Assembly: GCA_028875855.1 (NCBI GenBank)
Contig: JAGWVA010000005.1
Location: forward strand, 27,535 to 91,534
Direction of reading: 5' to 3'
Source of the DNA: Paracoccaceae bacterium
GTDB taxonomy: Bacteria > Pseudomonadota > Alphaproteobacteria > Rhodobacterales > Rhodobacteraceae
Length of the DNA: 64,000 bases
The notes beneath the pieces are model-generated. The model saw only the letters and a list, made by a program, of their open reading frames with translations. It was not told where the DNA came from and searched no databases. Positions 1 through 9,601 of the stretch are shown one piece after another (the first letter of the stretch is position 1; each line of letters begins with the position of its first letter). The position numbers and the translations under genes were made by a program.

Positions 1-1689
1 CTCGCCCTCCATCAAACAGACCTCAGTGAGTGACTGCGGACTCCTGATGTGTCGATAAGTGCGATATTGAGCGCCAGATACCATCTCAGAGTCATTTGAT
101 GACGTTTTCACAGGCCCAACTGCAAGAATTGAACCATAATTATCGTCAAATGCTGCGAGTGGGCGCCAAATCGCATTCTCAACTAGTTGAGTAAGCGTCG
201 CGCGAGTGGCGTTTGCCAAGATCAAACGGACAACACCCAAAGCAGCGCGACGGAGCGCAAACGGATCTTTTGAGCCGGTTGGCAACTCGCCAATCCACCA
301 AAACTGAACAAGCGTGTCGATCTTGTCGGCCAGCGCCACGGCGACCGAAACCGGCTCGGACGGCACGTCGTCGGACGGACCGAGCGGCTGGTAATGCGCC
401 TTGCAGGCGTTCGCCACCGGCTCGGGCAGGCCCGCCGCGCGTGCGTAGTAGCCGCCCATCGTGCCTTGCAGTTCCGGGAATTCGCCCACCATCGCGGATT
501 GCAGGTCGGCCTTCACCACCCGCGCGGCAAGGTCGGCCTCGTCCGGCTCGGCGCCCACGATGGGCGCGATCTCGGCGGCCAGCGCGGCGATCCGCTCGAT
601 CCGTTCGTATTGCGAACCCAGCTTGTTGTGGAACGTCACGGCCTTCAGCCCCTCGGCCATGCCTTTCAGGCCGATGGCATGGACGGTGCGCAGGTCGTTG
701 TCCCAGAAGAAGCGCGCATCCGACAGCCGCGCGCGCAGCACCTTGCCGTTGCCGTGCAGGATCGTCGCGCCGTGGTCCGCCGTCTCGCGGTTGGCGACGG
801 TAATGAACTTCTCGATCCGCCCGGTCTTGGGGTTCCGAACCGAGAAGAACTTCTGATGTTCCTTCATCGAGGTTTGCAGCACCTCGGGCGGCAGGCCAAG
901 GAAATCCTCGCCGATCGCGCCCATCAGGACGACCGGCCATTCCACCAGCCCCGCGACCTCGGTCAGCAGGCCCCTGTCCTCGACCACTTCCAGCCCTTGG
1001 GCAAAGGCCTGCGTCGTCGCCTCGTGCCAGATCGCGGCTTCGCGTTCCGCCGGATCAAGGATCACCTTCGCGGCCTTGAGCTTGGCCACGTAGTCGTCGA
1101 AGGACGACACCCGGATGTCGCCCGGCGCCATGAAGCGGTGGCCGCGGGTCGTGTTCCCGGCGGCGATCCCGTCCACCGCCATCGGCACGACCTCGGTCCC
1201 GGCCTCGGTCGTGAGGATGCACAGGATCGAATGCAGCGGGCGCACCCAGCGCAGCGACCCCGCCCCCCAGCGCATCGCCTTGGGCCACGGGAAGGCGCGG
1301 ATCACACGGTCCAGCACCTCGGCCACGATCTCGGGCGCGGGGCGGCCGGGCTTGGTGACGACGGCAAAAAGGGTCTTGCCCTTCTTGTCCTCGCGTTCCT
1401 CAAGCTGGTCGCGCGTGAGCCCGGTGGAGCGCAGGAACCCCTCGATCGCCTGCGCGGGGGCATCGGCCTTCGGGCCCTTGCGCTCTTCCTTCAGCGTCGG
1501 GCTTTCCGCGCTCAGCCCCTCGATCGCCAGCGTCAGCCGGCGCGGCGTCGAAAAGGCCTTGGCATGGGCATAGGTGAGGCCGGCCTCGACCAGCCCGTCG
1601 GTGACGAGCGTCTTCAGATCCTCCCGCGCGCGGGGTTGCATCCGGGCGGGGATTTCCTCGGAGAAGAGTTCGATCAGAAGGTCGGGCAT
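1..1689 (-). CDS. glyS: Glycine--tRNA ligase beta subunit, partial (C-terminus runs off the left edge)
   Basis: Absent from the ORF track because the frame is open at the window edge. My minus-strand translation from the ATG at 1687-1689 gives MPDLLIELFSEEIPARMQPRARE. Around 200-400 it gives HYQPLGPSDDVPSEPVSVAVALADKIDTLVQFWWIGELPTGSKDPFALRRAALGVVRL. Both are typical of GlyS, and the gene follows glyQ as usual. Confidence 0.85.
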   Translation of the reverse strand, partial: MPDLLIELFSEEIPARMQPRAREDLKTLVTDGLVEAGLTYAHAKAFSTPRRLTLAIEGLSAESPTLKEERKGPKADAPAQAIEGFLRSTGLTRDQLEEREDKKGKTLFAVVTKPGRPAPEIVAEVLDRVIRAFPWPKAMRWGAGSLRWVRPLHSILCILTTEAGTEVVPMAVDGIAAGNTTRGHRFMAPGDIRVSSFDDYVAKLKAAKVILDPAEREAAIWHEATTQAFAQGLEVVEDRGLLTEVAGLVEWPVVLMGAIGEDFLGLPPEVLQTSMKEHQKFFSVRNPKTGRIEKFITVANRETADHGATILHGNGKVLRARLSDARFFWDNDLRTVHAIGLKGMAEGLKAVTFHNKLGSQYERIERIAALAAEIAPIVGAEPDEADLAARVVKADLQSAMVGEFPELQGTMGGYYARAAGLPEPVANACKAHYQPLGPSDDVPSEPVSVAVALADKIDTLVQFWWIGELPTGSKDPFALRRAALGVVRLILANATRATLTQLVENAIWRPLAAFDDNYGSILAVGPVKTSSNDSEMVSGAQYRTYRHIRSPQSLTEVCLMEGE

Positions 1690-1692
1690 CGG

Positions 1693-2193
1693 TCACTCCA
1701 CGCTGGAGGTATCTTGGGAAACGGAGGGGTCGAGCTGCTGCCAGGCAAAGGCCCGACCATCCGGGAAGACGGCGATGACGCGGTCCACGTCCTTCGCCAC
1801 GCCCTTCTGGGCAAGGAAGGCCTTGGCCGCGCCCGCCTTCAGCGCCAGCGAGATGGTCTTGGCGCTGAAGCAGGAAAACCAGTGCGGCGCGAGAAGCGGC
1901 TCGGCCTTGGGATAGGCCGTGTAACGGGCGGTCAGCTCCGGCAGGGGCGTCGCCACGGTGAAGCAGGCGCGGAACCGGATGGGCGAGGAATCGGCGTCGA
2001 TCCCCTTGAAATCATCCGCCTGCACCGGCACCGGCTGGCTTTCGTTCTTGGGCACCATGGTCATGACGAGGTCGGGACCAAGCGTCACCGTCCGGTAATA
2101 GGCGTATTGGTTGGTGTACCAGAGCCCCGCGCCCATCACGATGGCCGCGGCGACGATGCCGCCCGCGATCAGCTTGCCGTTCATGCGGCGCAC
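1693..2193 (-). CDS. Conserved membrane-anchored hypothetical protein between glyQ and glyS
   Basis: 166-aa ORF with an N-terminal hydrophobic anchor (LIAGGIVAAAIVMGAGLWY). It sits 3 nt upstream of the glyS start. The composition is protein-like, but I recognise no motif. Confidence 0.6.
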   Translation of the reverse strand: MRRMNGKLIAGGIVAAAIVMGAGLWYTNQYAYYRTVTLGPDLVMTMVPKNESQPVPVQADDFKGIDADSSPIRFRACFTVATPLPELTARYTAYPKAEPLLAPHWFSCFSAKTISLALKAGAAKAFLAQKGVAKDVDRVIAVFPDGRAFAWQQLDPSVSQDTSSVE

Positions 2194-2263
2194 TCCTGCC
2201 GGGCCCGGGCCATGCGCTTGGCCGGGGATGTTGCATCGGGGTCGGACCGTCGCGGGCTGTAGG

Positions 2264-3205
2264 TCACGCCGCCTGCCCCGCCGGTTGCCCGCCGCCCGCT
2301 TCGGTCGTCACGAAGGCATCCGCGCAGCGCTTGGCCAGCGCACGGACGCGGCCGATGTAGGCCTGCCGTTCGGTGACCGAGATCACCCCGCGGGCGTCCA
2401 GCAGGTTGAAGAGGTGGCTCGCCTTGATGCACTGGTCATAGGCGGGATGGGCCATCACGATGTTGCGCCCGGCCTTGTCGGGCTGGGCCGCGGTCAGGAT
2501 GCGGTCGCATTCGGCCTCGGCATCCTCGAAATGCTTCAGAAGCATCGCGGTGTCTGCCTGATCGAAGTTCCAGCGGCTGTATTCCTGCTCGGTCTGGCGG
2601 AAGATGTCGCCGTAGCTGAGCGCGATCGGGGCGTCGGGGTCGTTGAAGGGCATGTCCATCACATGGTCGATGCCAAGGACATACATCGCCAGACGTTCAA
2701 GACCATAGGTCAGCTCGCCCGAGACGGGGTGGCAGTCATGCCCGCCGACCTGCTGGAAATAGGTGAACTGGCTCACCTCCATCCCGTCGCACCAGACCTC
2801 CCAGCCCAGGCCCCAGGCGCCCAGCGTCGGGCTTTCCCAGTCGTCCTCGACAAAGCGGATGTCGTGCAGACTGGTGTCGATGCCGATGGCATCGAGCGAG
2901 CCCAGGTAGAGATCCTGCAGATCGGGCGGCGAGGGTTTGATGAGGACCTGATACTGGTAGTAGTGCTGAAGCCGGTTCGGGTTCTCGCCATAGCGCCCGT
3001 CGGTCGGGCGGCGCGAGGGCTGGACATAGGCCGCGGCCCAGGGACGGGTGCCCAGGCTGCGCAGCGTCGTGGCCGGGTGGAAGGTGCCCGCGCCCACTTC
3101 CATGTCGTAGGGTTGCAGCACGGCGCAGCCCTTCGATGCCCAGTAGGACTGAAGCCGCAGGATGATCTCCTGAAAACTGCGGGGGGAGCCGTCTTTCGCT
3201 GCCAT
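2264..3205 (-). CDS. glyQ: Glycine--tRNA ligase alpha subunit
   Basis: The ORF contains [43 protein letters not shown] and the rest of a GlyQ-like sequence. I trimmed the track ORF (2264..3487) to the ATG at 3203-3205 ([12 protein letters not shown]). Confidence 0.95.
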   Translation of the reverse strand: MAAKDGSPRSFQEIILRLQSYWASKGCAVLQPYDMEVGAGTFHPATTLRSLGTRPWAAAYVQPSRRPTDGRYGENPNRLQHYYQYQVLIKPSPPDLQDLYLGSLDAIGIDTSLHDIRFVEDDWESPTLGAWGLGWEVWCDGMEVSQFTYFQQVGGHDCHPVSGELTYGLERLAMYVLGIDHVMDMPFNDPDAPIALSYGDIFRQTEQEYSRWNFDQADTAMLLKHFEDAEAECDRILTAAQPDKAGRNIVMAHPAYDQCIKASHLFNLLDARGVISVTERQAYIGRVRALAKRCADAFVTTEAGGGQPAGQAA

Positions 3206-3371
3206 CGTCCACCTCTTGAAAAGCGGCTTCTGAATAGGCGGGGCGGGCGGCAGGGTCAATTGCGCGTGCGCGGGACACGGAACCGTTTTTTCCCCCCGAA
3301 TGGGGGTGCATCCGCCCTGCGGTCTGCTACCTTGGCGCGCAACAACACCCGGTTCGCAACGAGGTAGGGAC

Positions 3372-5147
3372 GTGCAGCGCAAGGTTAGGTCGGTTCTCGT
3401 GGTAATGGCCCTTTTGGCGGGGTCGCTGGCAGGCGCCGCTGTCGCGCAGACGCCGCAGGTCTGGGTGCAGGTCGAGGCGCAGCCCAACCGCCCGCAGGCC
3501 GAGGTGCGGGCACAGGCCTATGCCAACACCTTTCCCGATGTCGTGGGCTACGAGCTTGCGTCCGGCTGGTTCGGGATCGAACTCGGACCCTATGACCCGG
3601 CGACCGCACAGGCGAGGCTTGCCACGCTGCGCTCGCAGGGGCAGATCCCGGCCGACAGCTTCGTCGCGGATGGTCATGAATTCGTGCGGAAATTCTGGCC
3701 GGCCGGAAGCGCTGCAACAACCGCCGCCCAAAGCGCGGACGCCGCGGTCCAGCCCGCCGCACCGGCAACGGCGCAAGCCGTGACCGCGGCCCCCGCGACC
3801 GCCGCGCCGCAACCCGTGCAGGAGACGCCCGCGCAGGCGCAGCAGTCCGAATCCCTTCTGACGCTGGGCCAGAAGCAGGACCTGCAACGGGCGCTGGCCT
3901 GGTTCGGCGTTTACAAGGGCGGGATCGACGGTGCCTTCGGCGCGGGAACGCGCGCGGCCATGGCGGCCTGGCAGACCTCGCAGCAGCTCGACCCCACGGG
4001 CATCCTCACGACCGCGCAGCGCACGACCCTGATGAAGGCCTATGAGGCCGATCAGGCGAAGGCGGGTCTGCGCGCCGTGAAGGATGACAATGCCGGCATC
4101 TCGATCGATCTGCCGATGGGCATGGTCGCCTTCAGCCGCTACACGCCGCCCTTCGCCCATTACGATCCGGCGAACGGGTCGGGCGTCACGGTTCTGCTGA
4201 TCTCGACCCCCGGCGATCAGACGACGCTTTCGGGGCTTTATTCGCTCTTGCAGACGCTTTCCATCGTGCCGACCGATGGACCGCGGAGCCTGACGGGCAC
4301 GGGCTTCGACATCACGGGCACCTCCGCCGACCGGACGACCTTTGCCCATGCCGAAGTCGCGGGCCGTACGGTCAAGGGCTACCTCGTGTCCTGGGGCAAG
4401 GGCAATGAGGCGCTGATGTCCCATGTGCTGACCGCGATGAAGGACAGCTTCCGCTCGACCGGTCCGCAGGCGCTTGACGCCAGCATGGTGCCGCTGAGCG
4501 CGAGCCAGAAAAGCGGGATGGTCGCCGGGCTGTCCCTGCGCAAGCCGGTGATGGCGCGGTCGGGCTTTTTCGTCGATGCGGCGGGCGACGTGCTGACCAC
4601 GACCGAAGTGCTGAAGAACTGCGGCCGCGTCACGGTCGGAGAGCGCCACACCGCCACGGTCGTTCTGAAGGATGACACGCTGGGGCTTGCGCTGCTGCGC
4701 CCGAAGGAACCCCTGTCGCCGCTCGCCTATGCGGCGACGGCCCCCGCAGCGCCGGGCGTGCAGGCTCAGATTGCGGTCGCGGGCTATCCCTATCAGGGGG
4801 TGCTGCCGGGGGCCGCGCTGACCTTCGGCACGTTCGATGCAGGCCAAGGCCTGAACGGCGAGGCGAACCTGCGCCGCCTGTCGCTCAAGGCCGAGCCGGG
4901 CGACGTGGGCGGCCCGGTGCTTGACGACTCGGGCGCGCTGGTGGGGATGCTGTTGCCCGCGAAGACCGATGGCACCGTCCTGCCCGATGGGGTCCGCTTC
5001 GCACTTGGCGCGGGGCCGATCGCCACGGCGCTGGCGGGCAAGGGTATCACGCTGGCATCGGCCCAGCCGAACGCCACGCCGATGGCCCCGGAAGACCTTG
5101 CCACGCTTGGCCGCAAGATGACGGTGCTGGTCGCCTGCTGGAAATAG
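3372..5147 (+). CDS. Secreted SPOR-like / peptidoglycan-binding / trypsin-fold protein with a substituted catalytic triad
   Basis: GTG at 3372 preceded by GAGGTAGGGA. Signal peptide [23 protein letters not shown]-like segment [10 protein letters not shown]...[12 protein letters not shown]_binding_1-like segment [32 protein letters not shown]-terminal HtrA/S1-like fold, but with LTTTEV in place of TNxHV and GDVGGP in place of GNSGG. Confidence 0.75.
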   Translation: MQRKVRSVLVVMALLAGSLAGAAVAQTPQVWVQVEAQPNRPQAEVRAQAYANTFPDVVGYELASGWFGIELGPYDPATAQARLATLRSQGQIPADSFVADGHEFVRKFWPAGSAATTAAQSADAAVQPAAPATAQAVTAAPATAAPQPVQETPAQAQQSESLLTLGQKQDLQRALAWFGVYKGGIDGAFGAGTRAAMAAWQTSQQLDPTGILTTAQRTTLMKAYEADQAKAGLRAVKDDNAGISIDLPMGMVAFSRYTPPFAHYDPANGSGVTVLLISTPGDQTTLSGLYSLLQTLSIVPTDGPRSLTGTGFDITGTSADRTTFAHAEVAGRTVKGYLVSWGKGNEALMSHVLTAMKDSFRSTGPQALDASMVPLSASQKSGMVAGLSLRKPVMARSGFFVDAAGDVLTTTEVLKNCGRVTVGERHTATVVLKDDTLGLALLRPKEPLSPLAYAATAPAAPGVQAQIAVAGYPYQGVLPGAALTFGTFDAGQGLNGEANLRRLSLKAEPGDVGGPVLDDSGALVGMLLPAKTDGTVLPDGVRFALGAGPIATALAGKGITLASAQPNATPMAPEDLATLGRKMTVLVACWK

Positions 5148-5186
5148 CGCCGTCTTTCTGGCGCAACCATCGCAGGCGCAAAGTGC

Positions 5187-5216
5187 AAAGGGGGCCGACG
5201 GCCCCCTTTTCTTTTT
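5187..5216. terminator. Bidirectional intrinsic terminator between the convergent protease-like gene and folE2
   Basis: GGGGGCC-gac-GGCCCCC stem (5190-5206). It is flanked by AAA on the left and TTTTCTTTTT on the right, so either strand reads a stem plus a U-tract. Confidence 0.6.
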
Positions 5217-5240
5217 CACTAGCCCGGCTTGTCGCCCGTC

Positions 5241-6344
5241 TTAGCCGACGTGGTAAAGCGAGTTGAAGAGCCGCGGATCGAGGCTTTCCGACGCGAAGGT
5301 CGGCCCCTCGGTCAGAACGCTGACGGCGTCATGGCTGTGCAGGCTTTCCTGATGGCTCGCGACGATGCGGAAATCGCCCACGCGGGCGTCCGACAGCAAT
5401 TCCGCCGCGAAGCTGCGCGCCGCATCCTCGACGAAGATCGGGTTGGCGGCGTTCAACTCGGCAAAGGCCTGTTCATCCTCGCGCTTGACCATCACCTGCG
5501 TCTCGGTCGGAACGGCCTTGCGGCACAGTTCCACCAGATCCTCGAACCACAGGCAGGCGTCGCGGTCCCGCACCTCGACCGAGACCCGCGCGACCGACCG
5601 CTGGGAATGCGGCGTGGCAAGCTGGCCGCGATATTGCCGGGCATGTTCGCTCAGTTCCAGCGAGCAGGGGCAGGTCGAGGAATAGACGAAATCGAGGTGC
5701 ATGATCTTCTTGCGCACGCCCCCGCGCTCGACCAGTTCCAGCGCGATGTCGTAATACTGGTAGCCCTGAAGCCCCGAGCGCAGCGAGGCGACCTTCATCG
5801 GGAAGGAGAACCGCATCTGGATGCGGGCATCGAAGCTTTCCAGATCGGCCTTGTAATCGTCCAGCGCCGCCTCGATCACCTCGAACGAGAAGGTCCGCTC
5901 GGAATGCGCGTAGAAGCTGCGCATGATGCGGGACATGTTGATGCCCTTCTTCTCCGCCTCGAGGCTGACCGTCCCGGTGACCGAGGTCTCCAGCGTCAGA
6001 TCGCCTTTGTCGCGCGTGTGAAAGCGGATCGGCAGGCGGAAATTCGAGATGCCCACGTGCTGGATCTGCGTGCGCGCGCCGACGATCAGGCTGGCGGGGC
6101 CGTTCTGAAGGTCGGGCAGCGTGTCCTTGTAGGCGCTGTCCACCTCGAATTCCTCGGGGTAGCTGCGGCTGAGCGTAGGATAGCTCTCCGCCTCCATCCC
6201 CGGCAGCAGGCGAGTCACGACGGGATCGAGTCGCGCGATTTCGGCGTCGCTCACGGCTCCGGCCCACTGGCGCAGCAGGGCAAGCGCCTGCTCGGCTTCT
6301 TCGCGTGTCGGTTCGCGATCGAATTGCGAAACATGGAGGTTCAT
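5241..6344 (-). CDS. folE2: GTP cyclohydrolase FolE2 (type IB)
   Basis: 367-aa ORF with family-typical segments GISNFRLPIRF, GINMSRI, VYSSTCPCS and ASHQESLHSHDAV. Confidence 0.9.
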   Translation of the reverse strand: MNLHVSQFDREPTREEAEQALALLRQWAGAVSDAEIARLDPVVTRLLPGMEAESYPTLSRSYPEEFEVDSAYKDTLPDLQNGPASLIVGARTQIQHVGISNFRLPIRFHTRDKGDLTLETSVTGTVSLEAEKKGINMSRIMRSFYAHSERTFSFEVIEAALDDYKADLESFDARIQMRFSFPMKVASLRSGLQGYQYYDIALELVERGGVRKKIMHLDFVYSSTCPCSLELSEHARQYRGQLATPHSQRSVARVSVEVRDRDACLWFEDLVELCRKAVPTETQVMVKREDEQAFAELNAANPIFVEDAARSFAAELLSDARVGDFRIVASHQESLHSHDAVSVLTEGPTFASESLDPRLFNSLYHVG

Positions 6345-6437
6345 CGGCGTCTCTCCTAACAGGCCGCTCCATCCCTAGATGGGGTTGAAGCGACCGATAT
6401 CCAGTTTATCCGAAACCTCTACGCCCGTTACGACCAA

Positions 6438-7619
6438 TCAGATCAAATCGAGACCCGCACGAAGGTCCGCGATCAGGTCGTCCGCGTCTTCCAGACCGAC
6501 CGACAACCGGATCAGGCCCGGCGTGATTCCCAGCATCGCCTTCTGTTCGGCGGGCAGGCGCTGGTGCGTCGTGGTCGCCGGATGGGTCGCGATCGACTTC
6601 GCATCGCCAAGGTTGTTCGAGATCTTCCAGATCTTCAGCCCGTTGATGAGCCGGAAGGCCGCCTCCTTGCCGCCGGCGACGTCGATGGCCAGCATCGTGC
6701 CGGGCGCCGTGTTCTGGCGCGCGGACAACGCGTGCTGCGGATGGCTGGCCAGCCCCGGATAGATCACGCGCGCAAGCCGCGCGTCGCCCTCGAGCGCGGC
6801 GGCGATCCGGGCCGCGCTCTCGGCCATGGCGCGGCAGCGCAGGTCGAGCGTCTGCATCCCGTTCAGCATCAGCCACGCGGTGAACGGGCTCATCGAGCCG
6901 CCGGTGTGCTTGAGATAGGGTTCCACCGTCTTGCGGATGAAGTCCTTCGTGCCGCAGATCACGCCGCCCAGGGCGCGGCCCTGCCCGTCGATGTGTTTCG
7001 TCGTGGAATAGACGATGACATCGGCGCCCAGTTCGACCGCGCGCGAAAAGACAGGCGTGGCGAAGACGTTGTCCACGATCACCGTCGCGCCGACCGCATG
7101 GGCGATCTCGGCCACGGCCTTGATGTCCACGATCTCGAGCGTGGGGTTCGACACGCTTTCCAGAAACACCGCCTTGGTGCCGGGCGTCACCGCCGCGCGC
7201 CATGCGTCGAGGTCGGTGCCATCGACGAAGGTCACGTTGACGCCGTAGCGGCCAAGGATTTCCTCGAGGATGTAAAGGCACGACCCGAAGAGCGCCCGCG
7301 AGGACACCACATGGTCGCCCGCCCGCAGCATCGAGGTCAGCGCCCCGTTGACCGCCGCCATGCCCGAGGCCGTGGCAAAGGCGTCCTCGGTCCCTTCGAC
7401 GGCGGCGATGCGGTCTTCGAACATGCGCACGGTCGGGTTGCCGTAGCGGGCATAGATGAACTCGTCCTCGCCCGACTTGATGAACCGCGCCTCGGCCTGT
7501 TCCGCCGTGTCATAGGCGAAGCCCTGCGTCAGAAAGATCGCCTCGGCCATCTCGCCATACTGGCTGCGGCGGGAGCCGGTATGCACGAGCTTCGTGCGGA
7601 TGTTCCAATCGTCTGCCAT
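6438..7619 (-). CDS. metZ: O-succinylhomoserine sulfhydrylase
   Basis: 393-aa Cys/Met-metabolism PLP enzyme with ARYGNPTV, the PLP-lysine context YSTTKHIDGQG and C-terminal IRLSVGLED. The overall match is to MetZ-type proteins. Confidence 0.9.
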   Translation of the reverse strand: MADDWNIRTKLVHTGSRRSQYGEMAEAIFLTQGFAYDTAEQAEARFIKSGEDEFIYARYGNPTVRMFEDRIAAVEGTEDAFATASGMAAVNGALTSMLRAGDHVVSSRALFGSCLYILEEILGRYGVNVTFVDGTDLDAWRAAVTPGTKAVFLESVSNPTLEIVDIKAVAEIAHAVGATVIVDNVFATPVFSRAVELGADVIVYSTTKHIDGQGRALGGVICGTKDFIRKTVEPYLKHTGGSMSPFTAWLMLNGMQTLDLRCRAMAESAARIAAALEGDARLARVIYPGLASHPQHALSARQNTAPGTMLAIDVAGGKEAAFRLINGLKIWKISNNLGDAKSIATHPATTTHQRLPAEQKAMLGITPGLIRLSVGLEDADDLIADLRAGLDLI

Positions 7620-7658
7620 GTCGCACCCCTAATCCGGCATCCCCAAGCGCCGGGCATG

Positions 7659-7688
7659 AAAAAACCCCCACCGGTTCAGGCGTGGGGG
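7659..7688 (-). promoter_or_regulatory. Terminator-like attenuator hairpin in the metZ 5' leader
   Basis: On the minus strand: CCCCCAC-gcctgaaccg-GTGGGGG followed by TTTTTT, about 40 nt upstream of the metZ ATG. The next gene upstream is divergent, so this is a leader element and not the end of another gene. Confidence 0.5.
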
Positions 7689-7894
7689 TCGTGCCCTGCC
7701 CTCTTTAGCGGCTTGTTTAACGTGGCCCGCAATCCGGTGAACAAAGCGCCACGCGACGGCGATACGCCGCCTGAGGGACAAGGTCAACAGATCGCCGCGG
7801 GCGTGGAGCGGCCGTCACGCCGCTGTAACCTCGGCTTCATGCCCGTGTTGCAGCAATTGGCTAGCAAAATCTCAACATCTTGTGAGGTCGGGCC

Positions 7895-8824
7895 ATGCCC
7901 CTGCTACAGGTCAATGCCGAAGGGACGAACCCGCGCACGGTCGGGGGGGAGTCGCGCCTTGCGGGCGCGCTCGCCGCGCTGCCCAAGGGGGCGCCGGTGG
8001 TCGTCATGATCCATGGGTTTCGGTTCTCGCCCACGGTGCCGGGGCAAAGCCCGCACACCCACATCCTCGCGCTCGATCCCGATCCGGGCTGCTGGAAGGC
8101 GCTGTCCTGGCCGCGTGCCCTGGGATTCGGGCAGGGCCACGAGGACGAGGGGCTCTGCGTCGCCTTCGGCTGGGAGGCGCGCGGCACGATCTGGCGCGCC
8201 TACCACGAGGCGGCCGCCGCCGCGACGGCGCTGGCGCGTCTTCTGGGCCGGATCGAGGCGCTGCGCCCCGGCACGCGCGCCGACATCGTCGCCCACAGCC
8301 TTGGCGCGCGGGTCGCGTTGCAGGCGATGCCGCTTTTGTCCCGCCCGCTCGTGCGGCACGCGATCCTTCTCGCGGCCGCCGAATTCCGCCGTCCCGCGGC
8401 GCGCGCGCTCGATTGCCCGGCGGCGCGCGGGGCCCTGTTCGTGAACGTCACCAGCGGCGAGAACGACCTGTTCGACTTCCTGATCGAACGGCTGGTGCCG
8501 CGCTGGCCGGACCGCGCGCTTGGTCTTGGGACGGGACAAGCGCGGCCGAACTGGATCGATCTGCAACTCGATCATCCCGACACGCTCCAGACGCTCGCGG
8601 CCCTCGGCCACCCCGTGGCGCCCGCCGATCGGCGCATCTGCCACTGGAGCCTTTACCTGCGCCCCGGGATATTTTCCGTCTATCGCGCGCTGCTGCGGGG
8701 GGACCTTGCGTTCGGCGGCCTGCGCGCCCGCGTGGACGGTCGCCGCTCCCGGCGGTGGTCACGCCTTGTTGCGCCCCCGCGGCGGACAGCAGGCTTGCCT
8801 TGCGCTCTGGAACAGTCAACATAA
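7895..8824 (+). CDS. Alpha/beta hydrolase-fold protein (DUF900-like)
   Basis: ATG preceded by GTGAGG. VVVMIHGF plus the nucleophile elbow AHSLGAR. 309 aa. Confidence 0.7.
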   Translation: MPLLQVNAEGTNPRTVGGESRLAGALAALPKGAPVVVMIHGFRFSPTVPGQSPHTHILALDPDPGCWKALSWPRALGFGQGHEDEGLCVAFGWEARGTIWRAYHEAAAAATALARLLGRIEALRPGTRADIVAHSLGARVALQAMPLLSRPLVRHAILLAAAEFRRPAARALDCPAARGALFVNVTSGENDLFDFLIERLVPRWPDRALGLGTGQARPNWIDLQLDHPDTLQTLAALGHPVAPADRRICHWSLYLRPGIFSVYRALLRGDLAFGGLRARVDGRRSRRWSRLVAPPRRTAGLPCALEQST

Positions 8825-8883
8825 CGGCGCAAGTTGAATTGAAACCTCTTCCGATGCGACCCCGGAAGGGGTAATGCCGTTAC

Positions 8884-9600
8884 GTGACCCGAATGAATTC
8901 CATAAATTCCCGCACGCTGGCCTTCATCGCCATCAAGATCACGATCGTGATCATCGCAGAACTGTTGGTGACGGCCTTTCTTCTTTTCTTCGGCGCGGGA
9001 ACCGTGCGTTGGGCCGGCGGCTGGATCTTCCTGCTGCTGGTCACCGTCTCGCTGATCCCCGCCATCATCGGCTTGGTGATCCACGATCCCGCGCTGGTGG
9101 ACTCGCGCACGCGGCTGTCGCCAAGCGACCAGCCCTTGGGCGACAAGCTGTTCGTGCCGATCCATACCGGGCTGATCCTGCTCTGGGCGCTTGTCGCGGG
9201 CTTCGACTCTGTGCGTCACCAGTGGTCGCATGTGCCCTTTGCGCTACGCCTTGCGGCGGCGGCCTTCATTCCGGTGGCGACCTGGGCGGGATACCGCACG
9301 ATGCGCGAGAACCCCTACCTCACGACGACCGTCACCGTTCAGGCTGACCGCGCGCACCGCGTGGTCGATACCGGCGCCTATGCCTATGTCCGCCACCCGT
9401 TCTATTCGGTCACCATCGCCTATCAGGCCTGCGCCTCGCTGGTGCTGGGAAGCTGGCTGAGCCTTGCCGTGGCGGGCGCGGTGGCACTGCTTCTCGCGCT
9501 CAGGATCGGGATCGAGGAAAAGCACCTCGAGGAGCAGCTTGCCGATTACGCCAGCTACAAGCTGGCGACCCCGTGGCGGCTGTTTCCCGGGATCTGGTAG
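8884..9600 (+). CDS. Isoprenylcysteine carboxyl methyltransferase (ICMT/PEMT) family membrane protein
   Basis: Polytopic membrane protein ending with the family motif GAYAYVRHPFY...IEEKHLEEQ. The start is uncertain (GTG at 8884 or ATG at 8893). Confidence 0.7.
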   Translation: MTRMNSINSRTLAFIAIKITIVIIAELLVTAFLLFFGAGTVRWAGGWIFLLLVTVSLIPAIIGLVIHDPALVDSRTRLSPSDQPLGDKLFVPIHTGLILLWALVAGFDSVRHQWSHVPFALRLAAAAFIPVATWAGYRTMRENPYLTTTVTVQADRAHRVVDTGAYAYVRHPFYSVTIAYQACASLVLGSWLSLAVAGAVALLLALRIGIEEKHLEEQLADYASYKLATPWRLFPGIW

Positions 9601-9601
9601 A

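Noticed and set aside
394-2262. 622-aa plus-strand ORF, with smaller ORFs at 179..940 and 213..803
   Set aside because: It is antisense to glyS and the small membrane ORF. The composition is Arg/Gly/Ala/Pro-rich with no motifs. This is a typical shadow ORF of a stop-poor GC-rich genome, and the minus strand gives unmistakable GlyS sequence.
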